Assembly (NCBI GenBank): GCA_947629165.1
Contig: CANRCR010000001.1
Coordinates: 12,729-76,728, forward strand
Length of the DNA stretch: 64,000 nucleotides
DNA from: an uncultured Bacilli bacterium
GTDB taxonomy: Bacteria > Bacillota_I > Bacilli_A > RF39 > UBA660
Direction of reading: 5' to 3'
Part shown: piece after piece, positions 57,271-64,000 of the stretch
How the letters are laid out: each line of letters opens with the position of its first letter
Numbering within the stretch: position 1 is the first letter of the stretch
Notes under the pieces: model-generated
What the model saw: the letters and a program-made list of their open reading frames with translations, nothing else
Told to the model about the DNA's origin: nothing
Databases searched by the model: none
Translations under genes and position numbers: made by a program

Positions 57271-57668
57271 TTTTGATTGTAATCACAGTAGGGGGATTTT
57301 AGGATGAACAATATTATATTAAACGAAGAATTAAAAATTGAAAATATGATTTACGAAGTAAGAGGAAAGCAAGTAATGCTAGACTCTGATTTGGCAAAAT
57401 TGTATGGAGTAGAAACTAAAAGAATCAATGAGGCAGTTAAAAACAATCCAGATAAATTTCCTGAAAGATTCTCTTGGTTTTTAAATGACGATGAATGGAA
57501 TTTTTTAAGGTCGAAATTTTCGACCTTAAAAACTCATGAATTTGGAAGAGGAACGCACAGAAAATACTTACCTCGTGTATTTACCGAACAAGGAGTAGCC
57601 ATGCTTGCAACAATTTTAAAATCAGATGTTGCAACGCAAGTTAGTATTGCTATAATGGATGCTTTTGT
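57271..57668 (+). repeat. copy B of the mosaic tandem duplication (partner 56193..56584)
   Basis: See copy A. The offset is 1078 nt for block 1 and 1084 nt for block 2. Confidence 0.9.
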
Positions 57669-58185
57669 TCATATGCGTCATTATATTTTAGAAAATAAAG
57701 ATATTTATCAATCTTTAAATAATATAAATAACAAATTGATCGAGCATGATGAAAAAATTAATTATATATTTTCTATTTTTGATAAAAAAGAAAAAATATT
57801 TTTACCTGGAGAAAGTTATGATGCCTATTCTGAAATTATAGATATCTTAAATACAGCTAAAAAAGAAATAATTATAATCGATAGTTATGCTGATAAAACG
57901 ATGTTAGATTTTATTCGAAATATTAATTCTAAAATTATTCTTATAACGAGTGATAAGGCAAAACTAGGTTCCTTCGAATTGGAAAAATTTAATAGACAGT
58001 ATAATAAATTAAAAGTTATAAAGAACAATACTTTTCATGATCGTTATTTTATAATCGATAGAAATATTTTTTTTCATATCGGGACTTCTTTAAATTATAT
58101 TGGAGCAAAGGTTTTTAGTATCAACCGATTAGAAGATGATTTTATTAAGAAAATTTTATTAGATTATATACTTGAAATAATTTAA
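57304..58185 (+). CDS. ORF6N (KilA-N-like) DNA-binding domain protein with C-terminal degenerate PLD/HKD-like domain, paralog B
   Basis: Same architecture as paralog A. C-terminus IIIIDSYAD...FHDRYFIIDRNIFFHIGTSLN (nt 58036-58095). The C-terminal halves are only about 40 percent identical by eye. Confidence 0.72.
   Translation: MNNIILNEELKIENMIYEVRGKQVMLDSDLAKLYGVETKRINEAVKNNPDKFPERFSWFLNDDEWNFLRSKFSTLKTHEFGRGTHRKYLPRVFTEQGVAMLATILKSDVATQVSIAIMDAFVHMRHYILENKDIYQSLNNINNKLIEHDEKINYIFSIFDKKEKIFLPGESYDAYSEIIDILNTAKKEIIIIDSYADKTMLDFIRNINSKIILITSDKAKLGSFELEKFNRQYNKLKVIKNNTFHDRYFIIDRNIFFHIGTSLNYIGAKVFSINRLEDDFIKKILLDYILEII
57502..57532 (+). repeat. perfect 31-nt intragenic palindrome (15-bp arms) in paralog B
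   Basis: TTTTTAAGGTCGAAA T TTTCGACCTTAAAAA, encoding FLRSKFSTLKT. Same relative position as the palindrome in paralog A. Confidence 0.95.
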
Positions 58186-58202
58186 TTGTTTTAGATTGTC
58201 TT

Positions 58203-58227
58203 TATTGAATTGTTTCAATATTTTTTA
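58203..58227 (+). terminator. intrinsic terminator (first of two) after paralog B
   Basis: TATTGAA (58203-58209) TTGT TTCAATA (58214-58220) followed by TTTTTT. Confidence 0.6.
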
Positions 58228-58235
58228 TTCCTTAT

Positions 58236-58262
58236 AAAGGGTGCAAAAATGTGCCTTTTTTG
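58236..58262 (+). terminator. intrinsic terminator (second of two)
   Basis: AAAGGGTGCA AAAA TGTGCCTTT (two G-U pairs) followed by TTTTT. Confidence 0.55.
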
Positions 58263-58271
58263 GTGTTTTCA

Positions 58272-58300
58272 TTGACGAATGATACTTTTGACATTATAAT
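58272..58300 (+). promoter_or_regulatory. near-consensus sigma-A promoter of the vWA-AAA+-ankyrin operon
   Basis: TTGACG (58272-58277), 17 nt spacer, TATAAT (58295-58300). Confidence 0.75.
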
Positions 58301-58325
58301 ATATCCCTACTAGGGAGGAATGTGT

Positions 58326-60785
58326 ATGCGGTTTTGGCATTTTGTAAAAAATCAATTTAGCAATGCAAAAAACGAAAGTAATTCCTCTTCTATAGAAAAG
58401 AAAGAAGATTTAAGTAAGTCCGAATTCGATACTAAAGAACCAATACAAAAAAAAGAAATACCTAATGAACAATTAGCCGAATCGACTCCATTACCCAACC
58501 AAGCAAATCAAGAAAATGGAAGCGATACAAAAAATCAAGATGAAACTCAAAACCAAAGTGAGCAACAAAGTACAGAAACTTCACAAGAAAAAGATAGTCA
58601 ACAAGGTCAAAATAGCCAACAAGGGGCAAGTGGCCAGGAACCCACTAAAGAACAAGCACAAAAAGATTCACAAAATCAAAGTGAACAACAAGAATCAACC
58701 AGTGAACGGAAACAAGACGGTCAGCAAGATCAATCCGGACAATCGAAAGCAACTAGAAATCAGGAACAAACGGAAACACAAAGTCATGAAAATCAAACAA
58801 GTTCAACTGAAGAGCAAGGACAAACTGATTCCCAAAGTTCAAGTGAACAAGAACAAAGTACTCAATCTAATTCTTTGGAGGATTATATAGAAATTAGAAT
58901 TCTAAGAGATGAAATTCCCCAACCACCTCAACCAAATGAACAAAATCAAGATAATTCAAATCAGAATTCTGATTTAAATAGTCCTTCACCATCTTCTTCA
59001 TTTCCATCATTACCTCAAATGGGTCATCAAGTAATTGAAATTGACTTACGTAGTAATCCAAATCAACTTCCTGAACATAGTGAAGATTTATCCCAATCAA
59101 CTGAATCCCAAGAATCATCTAGTCAACAAGAACAAGATGAACAACAAAGTCAGGATGATCAACAGGAACAAAGTAGTCAACCAGGTCAAAGTGGACAGCA
59201 GGAACAAAGTGGTCAACAAGATCATGTAGGACAACAGGAACAAGGTGGGCAACAAGGACAAAGCGGTCAATCAGGTCAAAGCGAACAGCAAGACCAAAGT
59301 AGTCAACAAGATCAAGTAGGACAACAGGAACAAGGTGGGCAACTAGGTCAAAGTGGACAGCAAGGACAAAGTAGTCAATCAGGTCAGGCTGGACAACAGG
59401 GACAAAGTAGTCAATCAGGTCAGGTTGGACAACAGGGACAAAGTGGGCAACCAGGTCAAATTGGACAACAAGGACAAAGCAGTCAATCGGGTCAAATTGG
59501 ACAGCAAAGTCAAAGTAGTCAACCAGGCCAAGATGGACCATCAGGACAAAGTGATCAACAAAGTCAAGGTAATCAAAGTTCTTCTGTGAAATCTAGTGGT
59601 CAAAGTGGACAAGATTCACAAATAGAGACTTCTTCTCAAGGAACATCCAGTAATCCAAATGAAACTCAGAATACTTCTATAGAGGGAGAATCTTCTTCTG
59701 AAATAGAAACCAGTGATTCAAATACTTTGGATAGTCAACAATCTTCTGAAGCAACGGGAGAACGTACTCGTAATTCTACCCAACAAGGAGAAGGAATGTC
59801 ATCCTCTAAGAAAACTATCGAAAAAAAATCCCAACCTAAAATACGAGATCATCTCAAGGGAGAACCAACACCATTAGATCTTTTAAAAGAGCAAATTGAA
59901 AAGCCACAACGCTCGGAAGCAACAAATCAATTTTTAGGGCAACTAGAACAATTACCATCTTTTAAAGAAAGAAGTCATGGAGGAAGTTATTCCATCGATA
60001 CGGAAAGTGATAGTGAAGTTCCAGAAAGTGTTGTTCGAACATTGATATCTAAATTTTTAAATCAACGCTTTTGTAAAAGAGTTAGCGATTTAAATATACG
60101 TAGTAACGCTTTAGAAAAAGCCGATGGATTTTATAAATGGGATATTAAAAAAATTGTTCGTCATTTGGAAACGGCTCAATTGACAAAAGTCATTAATGAT
60201 AAATATGGCTATCAATATGCGCAAGGAAAATATGAATCAGTTCCATTATCTTTCTACTTTGATTTATCGGGAAGTATGAGTAGTTATACCAATATGTTAG
60301 CCGTTATGGCAATCGAACTATTAAAGAAGGATGTCAAGGTTTTAGTTGGATTTAATCAAACCGTTCATGTTCAAATTGAACAAATACCAAAACAGTTATC
60401 GGTTTCTGAACTAGCTGATTTTTTAACTGCAGCGGGATCTTATTATTCCGATGAAGAAAGGTATCAACAAAAGTCAAAGGGACAAATCAAGTATCGTGTA
60501 GTAGATGAAGATTTAGATACTTATTTGATTGATAAGAAAGCAGAAAAATGTGTTGTTTTTGCCGATTGTGATCCACTATATTCGGTGGTACGTCTATCCC
60601 AAAAGGCACAAGTTTATTGGTTTAACTTTGAATCTAATTTTAGTCGATCGGATTTGTCGGATTATAAAGGATTTGTTTATGAAGTACATTGTATGAAAGA
60701 TATTCAAAAAGGACTTATTAAAGTAAATGAAAATCGTTTTGAGGCATTGACTTATATCGATAATCCAAAAGTATTAAGGAGGTAA
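58326..60785 (+). CDS. von Willebrand factor A (vWA) domain protein with ~560 aa Gln/Ser/Gly/Glu-rich disordered N-terminal region
   Basis: ATG 58326 lies 7 nt after GGGAGG (the track start 58320 overlaps the RBS). No signal peptide or TM helix. The C-terminal ~230 aa have a hydrophobic strand followed by the MIDAS motif VPLSFYFDLSGSMSS (DxSxS at nt 60261-60275). Confidence 0.75.
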   Translation: MRFWHFVKNQFSNAKNESNSSSIEKKEDLSKSEFDTKEPIQKKEIPNEQLAESTPLPNQANQENGSDTKNQDETQNQSEQQSTETSQEKDSQQGQNSQQGASGQEPTKEQAQKDSQNQSEQQESTSERKQDGQQDQSGQSKATRNQEQTETQSHENQTSSTEEQGQTDSQSSSEQEQSTQSNSLEDYIEIRILRDEIPQPPQPNEQNQDNSNQNSDLNSPSPSSSFPSLPQMGHQVIEIDLRSNPNQLPEHSEDLSQSTESQESSSQQEQDEQQSQDDQQEQSSQPGQSGQQEQSGQQDHVGQQEQGGQQGQSGQSGQSEQQDQSSQQDQVGQQEQGGQLGQSGQQGQSSQSGQAGQQGQSSQSGQVGQQGQSGQPGQIGQQGQSSQSGQIGQQSQSSQPGQDGPSGQSDQQSQGNQSSSVKSSGQSGQDSQIETSSQGTSSNPNETQNTSIEGESSSEIETSDSNTLDSQQSSEATGERTRNSTQQGEGMSSSKKTIEKKSQPKIRDHLKGEPTPLDLLKEQIEKPQRSEATNQFLGQLEQLPSFKERSHGGSYSIDTESDSEVPESVVRTLISKFLNQRFCKRVSDLNIRSNALEKADGFYKWDIKKIVRHLETAQLTKVINDKYGYQYAQGKYESVPLSFYFDLSGSMSSYTNMLAVMAIELLKKDVKVLVGFNQTVHVQIEQIPKQLSVSELADFLTAAGSYYSDEERYQQKSKGQIKYRVVDEDLDTYLIDKKAEKCVVFADCDPLYSVVRLSQKAQVYWFNFESNFSRSDLSDYKGFVYEVHCMKDIQKGLIKVNENRFEALTYIDNPKVLRR
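59214..59343 (+). repeat. 40-nt direct repeat at 90-bp spacing within the Q-rich coding region
   Basis: 59214-59253 and 59304-59343 (caacaagatca[t/a]gtaggacaacaggaacaaggtgggcaac) differ at 1 position. Confidence 0.9.
59364..59543 (+). repeat. five tandem 36-bp (12-codon) coding repeats, unit GQSSQSGQ(A/V/I)GQQ
   Basis: Units start at 59364, 59400, 59436, 59472 and 59508. They are in frame with the CDS. The first two differ at one base and later units are progressively degenerate. Confidence 0.9.
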
Positions 60786-60791
60786 CAAAAT

Positions 60792-62582
60792 ATGAAATTA
60801 ATAACAATCGAAGAATTAAAGAAAGAAATTGAGGCAACGGGATATTATCCAACGGAGGAGTTACTATATGACACATTCAATGCGCTTTCAATTTTTCAAC
60901 AAGATCAAATTAATCCCGGACAAGATGTGTTTGCGCTTTGTTTAGAGGGACCTCCTGGAGCTGGTAAAACGGCTTTTGCAAAAATGTATCGTAATATAGT
61001 AAGTCAACAATTTTTTGATCCTGTCGAATTAGTTGAATACCAATGCGATCCGGCAACTTCGGAAGAAAAATTAAAAGAAGATATTCGTATTGTGGCGGTT
61101 GTTACACGCGATGGAAAAGAAGTTATTATTCCGGGTATTTTGGTAAAAACGGTCCAAATGTTAAATGAAGGAAAAAGGGTAATTCTTTTTATTGATGAAT
61201 ATGATAAAGCAAGAGAAGAGACTGATTCTTTCTTCTTACAGTTCTTACAAGATGGAAAATTAAATGCGGTTCAGTCGGGAGATATGGAGATTAAACCGGA
61301 ATATAAAAATAATTTGCAAGTTATCTTTTGTAAAAATGATGCCCGCGAAGAATTATCTGGACCACTTACAAGACGTCTTCGTATTTTAAGACTCGATTAT
61401 ATGGAACCTAGTTTATTTTATACCGTTGCTAAACGTGTTTTAATAGACGATGCAAAAGAAAAAGTGGAAGAGTCTTTACTTAACTTAGTAACTTTGATGT
61501 ATCAAAATGCCTATGAACAAAAAGATGTATATAATCGGTTACCTGCTTGTTCTGAAATGCTTATTGCGATTGAAGACGCTAACCGTTTAATGACGCTTGC
61601 AAATGCACCTAAATACATACTTTATCGAACCATTGTTAAGAATATGTTTAAAAATAAAGACGATTTAGTTACTTTCGAATCAAATTTATCAAAATCAAGA
61701 AATAAAGATAAGAAATTAGCCGAGTTAATTAAAGAAATGCAACAAGGGGAAGAATCACTACCTCTAGCAGAACAAAAGAAAGAGTTAAATTCTTTAATGG
61801 CACAAACTGTTTTTGAAGGAGAAGCTAGCAAATTTGCTGAAAAGATTAAAGAAGTTGAGGAACTTATATCAAAGTATGAAAAAGAATTTGAGGCTATGCG
61901 GGTTCGTTATCAAAATCAACAAGAACAAGAAATTGCACGAATTCGTTTAGAAAGCGGACAATTAATAGCCAATGGATTACGTCCTAAAACGATTGGTAAT
62001 TTTGAAGATGAATCTTCTCAAGTAAAACGTGGAAAGAATATTTTCGATATTTCCGAAGGAGAGGATTGGGTCGATGTAGCAACGATGGTAATACCAAATT
62101 TATCACATACTTTGTTGATTGAAAAATTAATTGAATTTGGAACTGATTTGGTTATTTACGAAAATGGTGTTTTACTTCAAGATACGGATAATCATAAGAT
62201 GATTGTTTTCAAAGAATTGGATGAAAATAATCAACCACGTTATCGAATGATGGCAAATCATGCCGTAATTCCATCTACTTATTTAGCGGATGTTTACGCT
62301 TTTGTCGATTTCTCAAAGCAAGTTCTTAGTAGTCAAACGACTTCTCCTGGTATTCGCCAAGATCCGTATTATGAGATAAATGCTTTGGTATACAACGATG
62401 TACCATTAACTTACGATACCGTCGATGATCATGTATATCATGTTGAAATTCGTGATCGTGTTCAAAATGTTGATTCTTTAGGAACACTTGCCAGTCAAAT
62501 GACTTGTGAAAATTTAGCTTCGGTTCAAGCAGCGCACGATAAGTTAATGAACGAACCAAAGAAGGTGTATGTTCATGCTTAG
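60792..62582 (+). CDS. AAA+ ATPase (MoxR / AAA_5-like) with extended coiled-coil and unknown C-terminal domain
   Basis: Walker A LEGPPGAGKTAFAK (nt 60948-60971) and Walker B RVILFIDEYDKA. Conserved Arg-rich LTRRLRIL. About 300 further aa, including a Glu/Lys-rich helical stretch. Starts 7 nt after the vWA stop with an AGGAGG RBS. Confidence 0.8.
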   Translation: MKLITIEELKKEIEATGYYPTEELLYDTFNALSIFQQDQINPGQDVFALCLEGPPGAGKTAFAKMYRNIVSQQFFDPVELVEYQCDPATSEEKLKEDIRIVAVVTRDGKEVIIPGILVKTVQMLNEGKRVILFIDEYDKAREETDSFFLQFLQDGKLNAVQSGDMEIKPEYKNNLQVIFCKNDAREELSGPLTRRLRILRLDYMEPSLFYTVAKRVLIDDAKEKVEESLLNLVTLMYQNAYEQKDVYNRLPACSEMLIAIEDANRLMTLANAPKYILYRTIVKNMFKNKDDLVTFESNLSKSRNKDKKLAELIKEMQQGEESLPLAEQKKELNSLMAQTVFEGEASKFAEKIKEVEELISKYEKEFEAMRVRYQNQQEQEIARIRLESGQLIANGLRPKTIGNFEDESSQVKRGKNIFDISEGEDWVDVATMVIPNLSHTLLIEKLIEFGTDLVIYENGVLLQDTDNHKMIVFKELDENNQPRYRMMANHAVIPSTYLADVYAFVDFSKQVLSSQTTSPGIRQDPYYEINALVYNDVPLTYDTVDDHVYHVEIRDRVQNVDSLGTLASQMTCENLASVQAAHDKLMNEPKKVYVHA

Positions 62583-63288
62583 TATCGATTTAAGTGAAAT
62601 AGAACAACAAAAAGAAAGTGTTTTAGCAAGTTTTGAATTAAATCAGGCTTCTTGTAAACAGTTCCAAGATCAAATTGCTTCGGTTTCAGAACTTGAAAAA
62701 GAACAATTAGGGGAACAACTTTACGATTTATTATCGAAACGAACTTTTGATGATACGGATGGTGCCGATCAAGTAAGAGATTTGATTTTAGCAGGGGCAG
62801 ATATATCTTATTTGCCTGAGCAAGGAGATTTTCCTTTGTATATTTGTGCTCGTAACAATTATTTTAAATCTTTTTGCTATCTATTAAGAGCAGGGGCTCC
62901 GCTTGACCAAGTGAATGCTATGGGATCGAGTCCTATTATGATTAGTGCCATCAAAGGGAACCAAGATATTTTAGTATTTTTATTACTTTTAGGAGCTAAT
63001 GTCAATCTTCGTGATGAATATGGTAATAATGCTATCATGTATGCTCGTAAGTATAACCGAAAAGAATGTTTTGAGTTATTATTACTTCATGGGGCTTATA
63101 TCAATAATCGTAATTTTGAAGGAAAAACAATATTTGATATTGAGACAGGAAAAAGTGCATTTCCACTTCCGATTGACATTCCTCCCGAATTTATAAAACC
63201 AGAAGAACGAGTAACTTACGGCGATCTAAAAAAGTTAGTTTATAATGCGCACGACGAGGTGGCTCGTGTAAAGGGTAGGCTTTCATAA
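62575..63288 (+). CDS. ankyrin-repeat protein
   Basis: ATG 62575 lies 7 nt after GAAGGTG and overlaps the AAA+ stop (ATGCTTAG); alternative ATG at 62569. Three to four ANK-like repeats (e.g. GSSPIMISAIKGNQDILVFLLLLGANVNLRD, GNNAIMYARKYNRKECFELLLLHGAYINNRN). Confidence 0.8.
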   Translation: MLSIDLSEIEQQKESVLASFELNQASCKQFQDQIASVSELEKEQLGEQLYDLLSKRTFDDTDGADQVRDLILAGADISYLPEQGDFPLYICARNNYFKSFCYLLRAGAPLDQVNAMGSSPIMISAIKGNQDILVFLLLLGANVNLRDEYGNNAIMYARKYNRKECFELLLLHGAYINNRNFEGKTIFDIETGKSAFPLPIDIPPEFIKPEERVTYGDLKKLVYNAHDEVARVKGRLS

Positions 63289-63316
63289 AATAAAGAGGAC
63301 TTATCCTTTTTATTTT
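63289..63316 (+). terminator. intrinsic terminator after the ankyrin gene
   Basis: AAAGAGGA (63292-63299) CTTA TCCTTTTT (63304-63311), with one G-U pair, followed by ATTTT. Confidence 0.6.
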
Positions 63317-63342
63317 GGTATAATAAAAGAAGGTGATGAGGG

Positions 63343-64000
63343 ATGAAACAACTTTTAATTATCGGTGGGGGTGCTTCTGGGTTAACCTGTGCGATTGTGG
63401 CTCGAAGAAGAGGTTATCAAGTAACTGTAGTTGAAAAGAATGATCGCTTTGCTAAAAAAATATTAATGACTGGAGCGGGAAGATGTAATTATTGGAATCA
63501 AGAAATGACTTTAACTCATTTTCATTCTTCTGAACGTGATTATTTATCCTCTTTTTTAAGCGAAGAAGATTACTCGAAAGTACTTCCTTTTTTAGATTCT
63601 ATTGGTATTGTTCCTAAAATAAAAGAAGGTTACTATTATCCTTCGACCTATCAAGCTTCTACGGTACGAGAGGCACTTATTTACGAGGCCACTCAATTAG
63701 GAGTTGAACTTGTTTCTTCGTTTGAAGTTACTAAAATCGAAAAAAAGAATCATCGGTTTTATGTCTTTCATAACGATTGTGTACTTGAAAGTGATTGGGT
63801 TGTTTTAGCGAGTGGATCGAATAGCGGACTTAAAGATAAAAATAATCTACTTTTATCGGTTGCAAGCGTTTTTGGACATACCGTTATTCCACTTTTACCT
63901 AGTTTGGTTCCTTTAAAAGGAAAAGGAAATTTCTTTGCACGTTGGGATGGGGTTCGAGCTCCCGTTACGGTATCTTATCAGGTAGATCATCAAATCATGC
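63343..64000 (+). CDS. HI0933/YhiN (BaiN-like) family FAD-dependent oxidoreductase, 3'-truncated by the window end
   Basis: Absent from the ORF track because it has no stop in the window. Own translation: MKQLLIIGGGASGLTCAIVA...KKILMTGAGRCNYWN, the dinucleotide-binding and GxGRCN signatures of this family. AAGGTGATGAGGG RBS and TGGTATAAT extended -10 at 63316-63324. Confidence 0.8.
   Translation, partial: MKQLLIIGGGASGLTCAIVARRRGYQVTVVEKNDRFAKKILMTGAGRCNYWNQEMTLTHFHSSERDYLSSFLSEEDYSKVLPFLDSIGIVPKIKEGYYYPSTYQASTVREALIYEATQLGVELVSSFEVTKIEKKNHRFYVFHNDCVLESDWVVLASGSNSGLKDKNNLLLSVASVFGHTVIPLLPSLVPLKGKGNFFARWDGVRAPVTVSYQVDHQIM

Noticed and set aside
59119-59541. 140 aa minus-strand ORF, plus the + strand ORFs 58516..58890, 59035..59229 and 59353..59589 and the - strand ORF 58894..59118, all inside the Q-rich region
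   Set aside because: These are alternative-frame or antisense read-throughs created by the low-complexity CAA/CAG/GGT-rich repeats. They have no RBS, their products are repetitive (VDYF/VVQ or K/N/V-rich), and they lie fully inside the well-supported vWA CDS.
59150-59560. Possible CRISPR-like array, given regularly spaced 36-bp repeats
   Set aside because: The units are directly abutting with no unique spacers. They are in frame and degenerate in a codon-respecting way, and they sit inside a CDS. No cas genes are present.
56160-63340. Island boundaries as att sites, or the island as a prophage or ICE remnant
   Set aside because: No integrase, recombinase, transposase, tRNA target or flanking direct or inverted repeats were found by eye. 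The only phage-flavoured elements are the ORF6N domains. It is therefore reported as an accessory island rather than a mobile_element feature.

Overview
AT-rich (about one-third GC by eye) chromosomal segment from an endospore-forming Bacillota member. Gene order is Bacillus-like. The taxon cannot be fixed without a database search. I support about 59 CDS. I saw no rRNA, tRNA, CRISPR array, transposase or integrase. About 85 percent of the window is core housekeeping in recognisable operons: rpsO-pnp-ylxY-smc; rimP-nusA-ylxR-(dCMP deaminase)-infB-rbfA-truB-murE; uninterrupted pro-sigK; yqeG-yqeH; uvsE-dnaG-sigA-trmK; pilC-pilD; dnaB-(HExxH protein)-dnaI-RNB nuclease; T-box-(80 aa ORF)-thrS; and mraZ-rsmH-ftsL-pbpB-spoVD-mraY-spoVE. 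The clearly accessory part lies at about 56.16-63.32 kb, straight after the SEDS gene of the dcw cluster. It holds (i) two tandem, mosaic paralogs that fuse an ORF6N (KilA-N-like) DNA-binding domain to a degenerate PLD/HKD-like domain, each with a long perfect palindrome inside the CDS. It also holds (ii) a self-contained operon, with a consensus promoter and flanking terminators, encoding three proteins: a vWA protein with a MIDAS motif and a ~560 aa Q/S/G-rich prion-like disordered N-terminus built partly from 36-bp tandem repeats, a MoxR/AAA_5-like AAA+ ATPase, and an ankyrin-repeat protein. This vWA-AAA+-ankyrin cassette is my best candidate for an undescribed system. Secondary oddities: a two-gene unit encoding a single-ring ClpA/B-NBD1-type ATPase with a large unknown N-terminal region; a TGS-less ThrRS preceded by a T-box-controlled 80 aa ORF; a lipoprotein with an extreme (Asp-Tyr)n repeat; an Asn/Tyr/Pro-rich mini-protein; and a candidate NusA-type attenuator ahead of a truncated rimP. 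All family calls rest on motifs recognised by eye. No BLAST, HMM or RNA-folding computation was run.
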